From the IMG/VR virus record IMGVR_UViG_3300037067_021792: 64,000 bases of DNA, one strand, 5' to 3'. The notes beneath the pieces are model-generated. The model saw only the letters and a list, made by a program, of their open reading frames with translations, was not told the DNA's origin and ran no database searches. Both the position numbers and the translations under genes were made by a program. The stretch comes from a virus. Taxonomy: Duplodnaviria > Caudoviricetes. This document shows positions 20,563-30,657 of the stretch, one piece after another; positions within the stretch are counted from its first letter, which is position 1; every line of letters begins with the position of its first letter.

Positions 20563-21401
20563 GAAACATGGATTCGATACCATTCGATAATATTATTTTT
20601 TTGTTGCAAAGGAGTATTGTTCCAAGGAAGCACGACCATATGTCTCCTGTAGAATATGCCTATGAATCTGGCATGTATATGGGTTGCCCCGGAAAGGAAT
20701 TGTATTTTAGTTTGCCTTCATTTTCTGTGGAGCAAATTGAGAAATTAATACCTATAGTTTGCATGTCTTTCCCTAAATTGCCACCTGGCAGATCGGTTCA
20801 TTTTTCTGTTTTTTGGAGATATTTTTATGGAGTATTTGATAAGCGAGGGGTATTTAACTCTAAACATAACCTGAACAATATTACTAGTAATTGGCCTATA
20901 TATTTTTCGTTTGTAGATAGTGTTATAGAACATTACAAATCTATGTCCTGCATTCATTTTGGACAGATAATTGCAACAGAAATGTTGGCCCACAGATTTG
21001 GAGACAAGTTTGTTCTGTCTGCGGATGTCGGGGAAAAAATAAAGCATAAAAAGCAAATGATTGAATGTTACGAAAATACATACAAATTAGCCATTCAAAT
21101 TAAAGCAAAAAAGAATGCTTTTAGCTCTTTATACTGGTGTTCCTCGTATTTGTTTGGCAACGATAACGCGTTGTATAAGACCTATGCCATACGATTTTTA
21201 CAAGCGGCAAATCAATTCGCAACAAGCGTGACTACGAAGGGCAAAGTTGTAAGTACGTTGAACAGATTAAATACGATTCTTTCTCGTAAAGAAATGAAAT
21301 CTGTATGTAAAATGTATAAAAATTTTGATAATAAGATAATGAAGTCTTTTGGCTTTCGAAAGCTTAATTTTGATAAGTCAACATTGGGAATTGGGGAATA
21401 A
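20559..21401 (+). CDS. Hypothetical alpha-helical protein (paralog family 1 of 3)
   Basis: YMGCPGKE, GRSVH, EMLAHRFGD, KNAFSSLYWC. Confidence 0.7.
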   Translation: MRNMDSIPFDNIIFLLQRSIVPRKHDHMSPVEYAYESGMYMGCPGKELYFSLPSFSVEQIEKLIPIVCMSFPKLPPGRSVHFSVFWRYFYGVFDKRGVFNSKHNLNNITSNWPIYFSFVDSVIEHYKSMSCIHFGQIIATEMLAHRFGDKFVLSADVGEKIKHKKQMIECYENTYKLAIQIKAKKNAFSSLYWCSSYLFGNDNALYKTYAIRFLQAANQFATSVTTKGKVVSTLNRLNTILSRKEMKSVCKMYKNFDNKIMKSFGFRKLNFDKSTLGIGE

Positions 21402-22076
21402 ATGTATAACAATTATATAGTAGAGAAAATAAAGGGTCGCTTGGTTTTTGACATAGGATCCAATAGAGGAACATTCTCCAGATCATACACCAAAGCAGGG
21501 GCAAAAGTAATTGCTGTAGAACCGATCAAATTTTTGATAGATCAAAATACAGAAAATTATATGAATGTAGTAGTAGAAAATATGTGCATATCCGATCATG
21601 ATGGATATGTATCTTTCTGTTGTAGCAAGAAGGACCCATCAATGTCCAGTTGTTGTCCAGAATGGAGACAAACTCATCGCAAGGCTAAGGGCAAATTAAT
21701 GGAGGTCAAATGTAACACTCTGGACTTTTTGATCAATAAGTATGGTGTTCCTGCATACATCAAGATAGACGTTGAAGGATACGAAAATGTTGTATTAAAG
21801 ACTCTAAAAACTGCGGCTGATATGATCAGTATAGAGTATACTGTGGGGTATCTTATTAATTTTACGGAATGTATGGATATATTTAAAAAACTGGGTTACC
21901 GGACATTTGTTATGGCCGAGCGAATTAATCAAAAAAAAGACGAGATACGATTTTATTTTAAATCCGTTGATGAGTGCATTCGACATTTTAAAGAGCATCC
22001 ATCAATTACATCTCGCGGTGATTTGTTGGCTATACTGGATGATATGGATATTTCTGTATTGGACAGCAAGTGGTAA
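21402..22076 (+). CDS. FkbM-family methyltransferase
   Basis: VFDIGSNRG, IAVEP, YIKIDVEGYE. Confidence 0.9.
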   Translation: MYNNYIVEKIKGRLVFDIGSNRGTFSRSYTKAGAKVIAVEPIKFLIDQNTENYMNVVVENMCISDHDGYVSFCCSKKDPSMSSCCPEWRQTHRKAKGKLMEVKCNTLDFLINKYGVPAYIKIDVEGYENVVLKTLKTAADMISIEYTVGYLINFTECMDIFKKLGYRTFVMAERINQKKDEIRFYFKSVDECIRHFKEHPSITSRGDLLAILDDMDISVLDSKW

Positions 22077-22079
22077 ATT

Positions 22080-22907
22080 ATGTTTCAGTTCGAACAAATA
22101 CACGAATTAATGAGCAGAGGCATAGTTTCTCGTAAGGGCGGAGATATTAATAAGACAACGCTATCTTCAATTGAATATGCCATTGATGGTGGAATCTATA
22201 TGGGTTGTCCTGGTAAAGAAATCTACTATTCGCTTCCGTTTTTTAATCTAGAGGAGAAAGATCAACTTATTGTTCTTATATTGAATGCATTTCCAATGGG
22301 CACAGGGCGATCTGTTCATTTGTCGTTATTCTGGAGATATCTCTATGGAATGTTTGATAAGTGGGGATGTCTAAATGACAGGGAAGACGTTCTGGGTAAA
22401 TTTAAAAATTCCCCTGTTGACTGGAGTCTATATTTTGATTTTGTCGAAAGGTTTTTATCTGCTGCCGAGGGCAAGAACCCGTATGCCTATATAATAGCGA
22501 GTGAAATGTATGCCCATCGTCTTGGTGACCAATACCTAATAAACCAGAAAAAGGTATATTTCAAACAGATGATAGAGATGTATGACAAGACTATATCTTT
22601 ATCAACACAATTATCTGTTGCAAAAAATAGTTTTAGTGCTCCTTATTGGTGTTGTATCTATTTATTCAAAATGAAAAAGTTTGATCAGTCTTATTATTAC
22701 GGAAATTTATTTTTAGACAATTGCAACAAGTATTGTCACAGTAAAGGGGCGTATAATAAGATGCGGTCTGCTGTTGGCGTGTTGTATCAAATTTCCACTC
22801 CAGAACAATGGGGGGAAATTCTTGAAAAGTGTAATAATTTTGACAACAGATTGGTTTATAAAATGTGGAAAAGAGCTTTTGAGTGCAAATCCCAATGGCA
22901 TCTGTAA
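22080..22907 (+). CDS. Hypothetical alpha-helical protein (paralog family 2 of 3)
   Basis: YMGCPGKE, GRSVH, EMYAHRLGD, KNSFSAPYWC. Confidence 0.7.
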   Translation: MFQFEQIHELMSRGIVSRKGGDINKTTLSSIEYAIDGGIYMGCPGKEIYYSLPFFNLEEKDQLIVLILNAFPMGTGRSVHLSLFWRYLYGMFDKWGCLNDREDVLGKFKNSPVDWSLYFDFVERFLSAAEGKNPYAYIIASEMYAHRLGDQYLINQKKVYFKQMIEMYDKTISLSTQLSVAKNSFSAPYWCCIYLFKMKKFDQSYYYGNLFLDNCNKYCHSKGAYNKMRSAVGVLYQISTPEQWGEILEKCNNFDNRLVYKMWKRAFECKSQWHL

Positions 22908-23596
22908 AAGAAAAAAGAAGCGAAATTGATAAACAGAGCAGAAAGATATCAGGATTAATGTCTGAACTGTCAATCCCGATAGACACATTTATAAATGACT
23001 TGCTTGATTTTTTAAATGAGGATAAATCCGGGCAAGAACCATATGCGATGTTGGTAAGAAATGCTTTTGGGGTTCAGAAAAATGGGTATGATGCCAATCC
23101 ATCCAAATGGTCTGCCCTTCTTCCTAGGATTGAAGAGATTCTGAGCATAGTTAATAACAAGGGTTCGATATTTGCAAAAATGATTTTTAATGAGAGCATG
23201 GGACATAGATACTCTGATTGCTGGTTTGAGACTAATGACCCAGCGTATGAAGCAAAGATGTCAAAATGCTATTTAGAAGGCTACAAACAATCTTGTAAAA
23301 TTAAATCATATAAAAACATTGATTCTACTATGTTTTGGCTCGCTGTGGCATACCATCGTATGGGAAGATTTGAAGAGGCAAGAAAATATTATAAAACGGT
23401 AGCCAATAGGGGAGGACCAAGATTTTTTAAATCAAGTTTTGTAAATAAGATATGGCTTTCGTTTATATATTCGCAAGATATGGTATGTCTTCCACCCTAC
23501 AAGGAAATTTCAAAAATTCTAGACAGAAAAAATCCATTGATACATCAACTATATATTGCTTTTAAGGCGGCATATGCCAACGGAATGATTGAATGA
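22883..23596 (+). CDS. TPR-like protein (divergent member of the same family)
   Basis: ESMGHRYSD, KNIDSTMFWL, LAVAYHRMGRFEEARKYY TPR-like helix. Confidence 0.6.
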   Translation: MQIPMASVKEKRSEIDKQSRKISGLMSELSIPIDTFINDLLDFLNEDKSGQEPYAMLVRNAFGVQKNGYDANPSKWSALLPRIEEILSIVNNKGSIFAKMIFNESMGHRYSDCWFETNDPAYEAKMSKCYLEGYKQSCKIKSYKNIDSTMFWLAVAYHRMGRFEEARKYYKTVANRGGPRFFKSSFVNKIWLSFIYSQDMVCLPPYKEISKILDRKNPLIHQLYIAFKAAYANGMIE

Positions 23597-23605
23597 GGAT
23601 AACAA

Positions 23606-24397
23606 ATGTATAAAAATGTGTTTGGTCCGGAACCTAAATATGAATTGTCGGTATCTCTCCAAAACAAATCTGCTCCTTCGTTTATCTGTATCGGTGGACC
23701 TTGTTCAATAGAAAGTTATGAACAGGTTATTCGGATATTTGATAGCATCGATAACAATGTGACCCATTTTCGAGGAGGAGTGTTTAGGGCCGGAACTTAT
23801 CCGGGCAAGAAATGGGGATGGCAATGGGACTTGTTAAAAATGTATCATGAAGAATCATTCAAAAGAGGGAAACCTAATATTGTGGATGTTTTAGATGTGA
23901 GGGACTTGGAAAAAATAGATCCCTACGCCGATGTGTTTCAGGTTGGAACTCGGCAAAGCCAGCATTATGCTCTTTTAAAAGAATTAGGAAAACAACAGAA
24001 GCCAATAGTGCTCAAACGCGGAACCCATCAAACATTAAATGAATTTATGGGGTCCTTAGAATATATATTACAAGGTGATAATTCCAATGTTATATTGTGT
24101 GAAAGGGGCAGCGTGTCATATTTGGATCATTCTAGATGGGAATTGTCCATTTCTATGATTGCCACGTTGAAACATATCACCAAATTCCCCATAATAGTAG
24201 ATAGCAGCCACGGCACAGGTAATCGCCAGATTGTTGGGCAAATGGCATATGCTGGTGTCGCGGCCGGGGCTGATGGAATACTGATTGAGACGCACTATTC
24301 GCCAAGTGACTCAATATCAGATTCGGAACAGTGCGTTTCATTGGATGAATTTAACGAAATATCTACTAACGCAAGGCGGATTAAGGATCTCCTATGA
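23606..24397 (+). CDS. DAHP synthase I-beta / KDO8P synthase family aldolase, atypical substrate loop
   Basis: GPCSIES, QVGTR, LKRG, LCERG, DSSHGTG, IETH, SDSEQ; RAGT in place of KPRT. Confidence 0.85.
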   Translation: MYKNVFGPEPKYELSVSLQNKSAPSFICIGGPCSIESYEQVIRIFDSIDNNVTHFRGGVFRAGTYPGKKWGWQWDLLKMYHEESFKRGKPNIVDVLDVRDLEKIDPYADVFQVGTRQSQHYALLKELGKQQKPIVLKRGTHQTLNEFMGSLEYILQGDNSNVILCERGSVSYLDHSRWELSISMIATLKHITKFPIIVDSSHGTGNRQIVGQMAYAGVAAGADGILIETHYSPSDSISDSEQCVSLDEFNEISTNARRIKDLL

Positions 24398-25158
24398 ATG
24401 CCGGGATTATCATACTCTGTCGATTGCACTCCAAGAGACTTCCCAACAAAGCGCTGCTTCCACTGGGGAATTCCACCATAATAGATAAGTGTGTACTCAA
24501 TTGTCTAGAAAGTAATTCGGCACCGGTTATTGTTGCCACATCAACAAACTTTCAAGATGATGCTCTGGCTTCTCATATTTGTATGTTCCACAAAGATTGT
24601 GAGGTATTTCGAGGTTCTGAAATAGATGTTGCCCAGCGAATGCTAGATGCTGCTGATAAGTATGGTTGGGATACTATTGTCAGGGTTACAGGGGATTCCC
24701 CGTTCATTTCATTCGAGTTAATACGGCACCTGTTTCAGTGTGCACAAGTATTTGATTATATATACCTTACAAATGCTTGTTTGGGTACGAAACCAGAGAT
24801 TATGTCCGTTTCTGCTTTAAGAAAAATTATTTCAGAATTTGATTCATCTAAAAGTGAATACCTAACTTACTATTTTAAGAATAATCCCGATATGTTTCAT
24901 AGTATATCTATTGATACGCCGCAGGGTTTGTGCGGTGACTATAGGCTTAATGTTGATTATCCAGAAGACTACGAGCTAGCGAAATCTATATATAAATATG
25001 TAAGAAATGACAATCAGTGTGTGTCTCTACCCGAAGTTATAGAAATAGTAGAGAGATATAAATTGTATAATATAAACAAAAAATGCCATCCCCAGTACGT
25101 TTCGGGAAAATTATTTGATGAAATTATGGTTGCCACACAGAATCGGAGAGATAGATGA
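24394..25158 (+). CDS. SpsF-like cytidylyltransferase
   Basis: CRLHSKRLPNKAL, FRGSEIDV, RVTGDSP, RLNVDYPED. Confidence 0.9.
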   Translation: MNAGIIILCRLHSKRLPNKALLPLGNSTIIDKCVLNCLESNSAPVIVATSTNFQDDALASHICMFHKDCEVFRGSEIDVAQRMLDAADKYGWDTIVRVTGDSPFISFELIRHLFQCAQVFDYIYLTNACLGTKPEIMSVSALRKIISEFDSSKSEYLTYYFKNNPDMFHSISIDTPQGLCGDYRLNVDYPEDYELAKSIYKYVRNDNQCVSLPEVIEIVERYKLYNINKKCHPQYVSGKLFDEIMVATQNRRDR

Positions 25159-26057
25159 GAATTAAGATAGAGTGCCCAACTTATTTTTTTGAGCATAATC
25201 TATGCGGGCATGCTATTGACAATGAGGATCCAGAAATAATGATATCTGATCCTGGATCATCGTACAAATACAATGAATCATATCTATCGAAATTTAGTAA
25301 TTTGAAAATACTGGCTACTCCATCTACTGGTGTTACCCATATAGATTTAGATTACTGCAGAAGAATGCAGATACCAGTTTTGAATTTACTAAGTAATAGG
25401 AAGCTATTAAATGAAATTTCTGCCTCCGCGGAATTCACCTGGCTTCATATATTGAATGCAGTAAGAAGATTTTCCGAATCTATTGAGGAAGTGAAAACTG
25501 GCAATTGGAGAAACAAGGAAAACGATCTGAGAGGACGAGAAATGAGGTACTTGTCTCTTGGTATCGTAGGGTTTGGTCGCATCGGTGGTAAGATATCATC
25601 ATTTGCGTCAGCTTTTGGAATGGAGAAAGTTTTTTACTATGATCCATACGTAGAATCGAATAAATGCACTAGAGTTTTACGTTTAGAACAAATATTTGGC
25701 TGTGATATTATTTTAATAAGTCCGTATTTGACAGATGAAACTAAAAATATGATAAGTAGCGATTTGATAAAGATATGTCGGAGGGGTTCTATTATAGTAA
25801 ACACATCGAGGGGGGAAGTAGTAGATGAAGATGCAATATGCGATGCGGTTGAATTGGGACAAATATATTACTGTGCCGATGTTGTTAAAGATGAACAAAA
25901 CATGAATAGATTTTTTCAATCTAGGCTATATCGGCTTTTAATGGAGGGAAAAGTGTGTATAACTCCCCACATTGCTGGAGCCACTGTTGAATCACAGCAA
26001 AAAGCCTTTGACGCAATCATGCTGATCATACAATCGCATTTAGGTCGAGAAAGATGA
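25155..26057 (+). CDS. D-isomer-specific 2-hydroxyacid dehydrogenase
   Basis: GFGRIG, NTSRGEVVDE, TPHIAG. Confidence 0.9.
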   Translation: MRIKIECPTYFFEHNLCGHAIDNEDPEIMISDPGSSYKYNESYLSKFSNLKILATPSTGVTHIDLDYCRRMQIPVLNLLSNRKLLNEISASAEFTWLHILNAVRRFSESIEEVKTGNWRNKENDLRGREMRYLSLGIVGFGRIGGKISSFASAFGMEKVFYYDPYVESNKCTRVLRLEQIFGCDIILISPYLTDETKNMISSDLIKICRRGSIIVNTSRGEVVDEDAICDAVELGQIYYCADVVKDEQNMNRFFQSRLYRLLMEGKVCITPHIAGATVESQQKAFDAIMLIIQSHLGRER

Positions 26058-26779
26058 ATAGAAATCTTGTTAAAAATAAAGAAATTAAAGATTTTTTTGA
26101 TGGGAAAATTGTATTTGATGTAGGGGCCGGTATGGGTCTGACTACTAAGATATTTACATCTTTAGGGTCAAAGGTAATTGCTGATACGTGCTATCCTGCT
26201 AAATATGGTCAGAATTTTTCTGATGCCATTCTGATAAATACCTATATATCGGATCATGATGGAGGAGAAGACCAATACATAAGTAATGCACCATTGGGAT
26301 ATCATCAGATGCCCAGCAAAACATTGGATACCCTAATTGTTGAATATGGAACTCCTATTTATATTAAAATTAGCACTGATGGATATGAAGATGTAGTTTT
26401 ACGAGGTTTAACTCATGCAGTTGGATGCATCAGTGCGGGGTATACAAAAGGGCGTAAAGATTGTTTTTGGGGAGTGTTGCGGTCGATAGAGAGACTGCAG
26501 TATAAAAAATTCATAATGGTTAATTGCGGGAAGGATATAGGAGGAAAATTTACCATAGGGTATCTACCGCCGAATATAAGTTATTGTAGAAAATTATTTA
26601 AGGAAATGCACTTAAATAAACATTATAGAGGGGATTTATTTGCATTCAACCCAGAAATTTTTCCAGAAAATGTAGCCATATTGTTGAGCGATTATTATAG
26701 TGGAAGAAAAGTTACTAACGCAAAAAAGAATATGGTTAACTACTCTAGTCTAAAGACCCGAAGATTATTAACAGTTTAG
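26054..26779 (+). CDS. Degenerate FkbM-like methyltransferase
   Basis: VFDVGAGMG, YIKISTDGYE; paralog of 21402..22076. Confidence 0.7.
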   Translation: MNRNLVKNKEIKDFFDGKIVFDVGAGMGLTTKIFTSLGSKVIADTCYPAKYGQNFSDAILINTYISDHDGGEDQYISNAPLGYHQMPSKTLDTLIVEYGTPIYIKISTDGYEDVVLRGLTHAVGCISAGYTKGRKDCFWGVLRSIERLQYKKFIMVNCGKDIGGKFTIGYLPPNISYCRKLFKEMHLNKHYRGDLFAFNPEIFPENVAILLSDYYSGRKVTNAKKNMVNYSSLKTRRLLTV

Positions 26780-26787
26780 GTGAAATT

Positions 26788-27804
26788 ATGTCATACAGTC
26801 CCTTTAGAGAAGGTTATTTTCCAATCAATAAAACTGGTTCTCCATTAAGTGGAGATGAGTTATATAAACAATATCGAGAACAGTATGAAAAATGGCCCAA
26901 AGAGCAAAAGCTAGGGGATTTTCCAACTCATCTTGATTTAGAGTTATCGAGCGCTTGTAATTTACATTGTCCAATGTGCCACACTGTTTATATTGGAGAT
27001 CCATCATTTAAAAAATATAAAGAGCAACGAATGAAAGATGCTTTAATGGATTTCTCTGTGTATCGGAAAGCCATTAATGAAGCTGTTAACTATGAGCATT
27101 TTTTTTCAATCAAATTAAACTATAGAGGAGAAAGCACTTTACATCCGGATATTGTAGAGATGATACAATATGCCAAAAACAAGGGCGTATATGATATTAT
27201 GCTAAATTCAAATGGGAACCATGACTTTGATTTGATAGAAAAAATGGTCGATGCTGGATTAACATGGTTGTCGATATCTTTAGATGCGATTAATCCGGAG
27301 ACATATAAAAAAATCAGAGCTGGAGGAGACTTCTTCATCGCATATGCTAATGCTATTAGCATGTGTAGATTTAGCGGAAAATTAAATTTGCAAGTTTCTT
27401 TCGTTCACCAGAAGAAAAATGATGCAGAAAAAGATGAATTTATAAAATTTTGGAACAAGATGCCCATAAATAAAATAACGATTGGAGATTTCTACAATCC
27501 AGCTGAATTCATCACTAATATATCAGCGTTTGAAGTTAAACAATATCACAAAATGCAGAAATTTACATGCCCGCAGTTATGGCAGAGAATTTTGATAATG
27601 TGTGATGGGAAAATATTCCCCTGTTGTCACGCATTTGATGAGCCAGATGATTTATATTTAGGAAGATTTCCTGAGACATCTATCAAAGAGGCTTGGGATT
27701 CGGAAAAATTGAAGAAAATTAGAGAGATTCATATTTCTGGGGATTACTCTGAAATTAAAACATGCTCAACATGTGCTTATCCTAAAACATCGAAGGATGA
27801 ATAA
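26788..27804 (+). CDS. Radical SAM/SPASM(twitch) protein
   Basis: CNLHCPMC, CPQLWQR..PCC, CSTC. Confidence 0.9.
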   Translation: MSYSPFREGYFPINKTGSPLSGDELYKQYREQYEKWPKEQKLGDFPTHLDLELSSACNLHCPMCHTVYIGDPSFKKYKEQRMKDALMDFSVYRKAINEAVNYEHFFSIKLNYRGESTLHPDIVEMIQYAKNKGVYDIMLNSNGNHDFDLIEKMVDAGLTWLSISLDAINPETYKKIRAGGDFFIAYANAISMCRFSGKLNLQVSFVHQKKNDAEKDEFIKFWNKMPINKITIGDFYNPAEFITNISAFEVKQYHKMQKFTCPQLWQRILIMCDGKIFPCCHAFDEPDDLYLGRFPETSIKEAWDSEKLKKIREIHISGDYSEIKTCSTCAYPKTSKDE

Positions 27805-28472
27805 TGTTACCAGATGTGAGTGTTGTAATTACATGTTATAATTATGGAAGGTATCTAGAGAGATGCCTGCGAAGTGTTTATAATCAAGAGCACACCAAAC
27901 GATTTTCTTATGAAATTATTATTGTAAATGATTGTAGCATAGATAATACCGAATCCATTATAAGACAGTTTGAAAGTAAGTTCGATAATTTAATATACAT
28001 ATATAATATTAAAAATCAGGGAATTTCCCGATCTTGCAATAGTGCAATTCAATCTAGTAATGGAAGATATATTGTTCGAATAGATGCCGATGATTATGTA
28101 TCAAGACACTTCTTATTTTTGTTGAAATTTGCACTGGATAAAAATAGAAGATATCAGGCTTTTTGTTGTGATTATATAGAAGTGGACGATTTTGAAAATA
28201 ACCTACGATTTGTTTCTCCAACCGAAGAGCAAATTGCCTGTGCGGTGATGTATAGAAAAGAATATATGATAGATGTTGGATTATATGATGAAGAATTTGA
28301 ATATCGGGAAGGGCATGAATTAAATAAGAGGTTTCGAGACAAGTATGAAATAGGACATCTTCCTATTCCTTTGTATTTTGCCAGGAAACATGATAATAAT
28401 CGATCTGGAAATATCGAAAAAATATCTGAGTATGATCAAAAATTGTCCCTAGATAAACAGGAGAACCCATGA
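27804..28472 (+). CDS. GT2 glycosyltransferase
   Basis: SVVITCYN, VNDCSID, RIDADD. Confidence 0.9.
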   Translation: MLPDVSVVITCYNYGRYLERCLRSVYNQEHTKRFSYEIIIVNDCSIDNTESIIRQFESKFDNLIYIYNIKNQGISRSCNSAIQSSNGRYIVRIDADDYVSRHFLFLLKFALDKNRRYQAFCCDYIEVDDFENNLRFVSPTEEQIACAVMYRKEYMIDVGLYDEEFEYREGHELNKRFRDKYEIGHLPIPLYFARKHDNNRSGNIEKISEYDQKLSLDKQENP

Positions 28473-29458
28473 AAGCTATTGTTACTGGTGGATGCGGTTT
28501 TATTGGATTTAATTTGTGTAAAAAATTAATTGAAACAGAATATAGCAATATTCAGGTTATCGATGATTTATCAACAGGATTTAGGCAAAACAAAATAAAT
28601 GGGGTAGATTACCACTATATCTCTATTCTTAATCACGATTTCAAGAATATAATTCATGCATTTAAGCCGGACGTAATTTTTCATATAGCAGCAGTTCCAC
28701 GAGTTTCTTATTCTGTTGAATTTCCAGTTGAAACACTGAAGGCCAATGTTCTTGCTACGGTTGAAGTTTTAGATGCTGTGCGGACCACAAAGAAAAAGCA
28801 GGCTAGAGTCATATTTAGCTCTAGCAGCTCAGTATATGGTGGGGCCGATCATTTGCCAACCCCCGAATCTTGTCCAAGAAACCCCAAATCGCCATATGCT
28901 CTCGAAAAAGCCGAGAGTGAAATGTGGTTATCTATGTACGCGTCTCTATACGGAGTAGATGCTGTAAGTCTTCGCTATTTTAATGTCTTTGGTCCGCGCT
29001 CTAGGTGGGGCGGAGGATACTCGACTGTTTTGAGCGCTTGGCTATATTCGTTGTATATAGATAAAAAAATAGTTCCATATTTAGAGGGAGACGGAAAACA
29101 ATCGAGAGATTTTTGCTACGTAGATAACGTGGTTCAGGCCAATATTTTTGCTGCAAGACATTCCAACAAATTTGCCGGTGAAGTTTATAATATAGCTCAG
29201 GGCGAAAGGCATTCATTACTGGAGTGTAAAGAAATTATAGAAAAAATCTCTGGTCAAGCACTAAATTTAGAATATAAACCAGCGCGAATTGGCGATGTAG
29301 ATCATACATTAGCAGATATATCAGCAGCCAGAAGGGATTTGGGGTATAATCCATCGGTTGATTTTGAATCTCAAGTAAAAGAAATGGCTGATTGGTATAA
29401 GGGAGAATATACCCGTGAAGTCTCCGCTGGCAAAACTATTACTTCTGTATTACAATAA
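28469..29458 (+). CDS. NAD-dependent epimerase (UDP-sugar 4-epimerase-like)
   Basis: TGGCGFIG, SSSSVYG, YALEK, LRYFNVFGP. Confidence 0.9.
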   Translation: MKAIVTGGCGFIGFNLCKKLIETEYSNIQVIDDLSTGFRQNKINGVDYHYISILNHDFKNIIHAFKPDVIFHIAAVPRVSYSVEFPVETLKANVLATVEVLDAVRTTKKKQARVIFSSSSSVYGGADHLPTPESCPRNPKSPYALEKAESEMWLSMYASLYGVDAVSLRYFNVFGPRSRWGGGYSTVLSAWLYSLYIDKKIVPYLEGDGKQSRDFCYVDNVVQANIFAARHSNKFAGEVYNIAQGERHSLLECKEIIEKISGQALNLEYKPARIGDVDHTLADISAARRDLGYNPSVDFESQVKEMADWYKGEYTREVSAGKTITSVLQ

Positions 29459-30398
29459 AGTAACAAATGAAGCATTTAACAAACTTGCTCTGCATAATCA
29501 CGAATTTGAAATAATTCCATTTAACCTCGGGCAATTCGGGGATAAAATGGATATTTTAGACGAAAAAACAGTAGAAAAAATCCTCTTACAATATATGCCC
29601 TTCGATGCTGCCGTTGTCGGGGATGTATTTTGGCCAACGGGACAATATATTTGCAAATGGTGCAGAAAGCATGGCGTTAAAAGCTTTTTTTTGCAACATG
29701 GGCAGTGGATTTATGTTACTAATAAGAAGAACCCAGAATTTTTACCCAATTGCACGTTTCTATACGGTGATAACGTAAAAGACATGGTGAGTTTATGGCC
29801 CTACTCTGCTCGATCAAAAGTCGCGGTTACGGGCAGCCCCAAATATGACAATATCATTCCAAATCCGTCGGGGTCATATGTTTATTTCTGTCCACCAGTT
29901 ATGTACGAAAAAGTTAATGGCACTCATCGTAGCAATCCATTATCTTCAAGGTTATTAAGAACTTTGTCGGGTATAGATAAAAAAGTAGAATTACTAATTC
30001 AACCGCATTATCGAGAGGATAATATTTCTGGATTAAAACAGATATTTAGTGCTGCAGAATTCTCTGATCCTAAAAATGATCCAATTTGTCTCATCAAAAA
30101 ATCATACGCAGTGTTAACTCACCGTGATTCTACAACTGTGCTCGATGCTATCGCGTGTGGTAAAAAATCTTTTTTGATCAATTTTAAAAACCAGTATAGA
30201 TCATTTTACAAAACTGGGTATTTCGGCGATTTTGCAGTAGAGAATGGATGGCCAGATGAGTGCAAAGAACGGATACAGACTTATGTAGCAGGTGAATTGC
30301 CTGATAATTATGAAATACTATCTAAGCCATACTTATATTTGGGAAATTCATCTGAAAAAATATTTGCCGTCATGAAGGAGTTACTAAATGTCTCATAG
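29415..30398 (+). CDS. GT-B fold capsule/ulosonate-transferase-like protein
   Basis: FLQHG, VTGSPKYD, QPH..E, STTVLDAIACGK. Confidence 0.55.
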   Translation: MKSPLAKLLLLYYNKVTNEAFNKLALHNHEFEIIPFNLGQFGDKMDILDEKTVEKILLQYMPFDAAVVGDVFWPTGQYICKWCRKHGVKSFFLQHGQWIYVTNKKNPEFLPNCTFLYGDNVKDMVSLWPYSARSKVAVTGSPKYDNIIPNPSGSYVYFCPPVMYEKVNGTHRSNPLSSRLLRTLSGIDKKVELLIQPHYREDNISGLKQIFSAAEFSDPKNDPICLIKKSYAVLTHRDSTTVLDAIACGKKSFLINFKNQYRSFYKTGYFGDFAVENGWPDECKERIQTYVAGELPDNYEILSKPYLYLGNSSEKIFAVMKELLNVS

Positions 30399-30657
30399 GG
30401 TAACTATAATGTGTGATAGCTGTGGTCAGGAATACTTATTGCCACCAGAAATGGAACTTCCGCCATATTGGATGGCAATCCAGATAGCTGTTTCAAATAA
30501 GGATGGCGAAATACCAATTGATGTCACAGATATAATGACTCATATTTGTAGCCAAGAATGTTTGAAAGATTTTGCAACAGGCGATATAATAAAAAGTAGG
30601 ATTGCGTTGATAGATAAGCTATCAGATGATGAGATAGAGGATGAACATGATATCTAA
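30388..30657 (+). CDS. Small zinc-binding hypothetical protein
   Basis: CDSC ... HICSQEC. Confidence 0.65.
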   Translation: MSHRVTIMCDSCGQEYLLPPEMELPPYWMAIQIAVSNKDGEIPIDVTDIMTHICSQECLKDFATGDIIKSRIALIDKLSDDEIEDEHDI

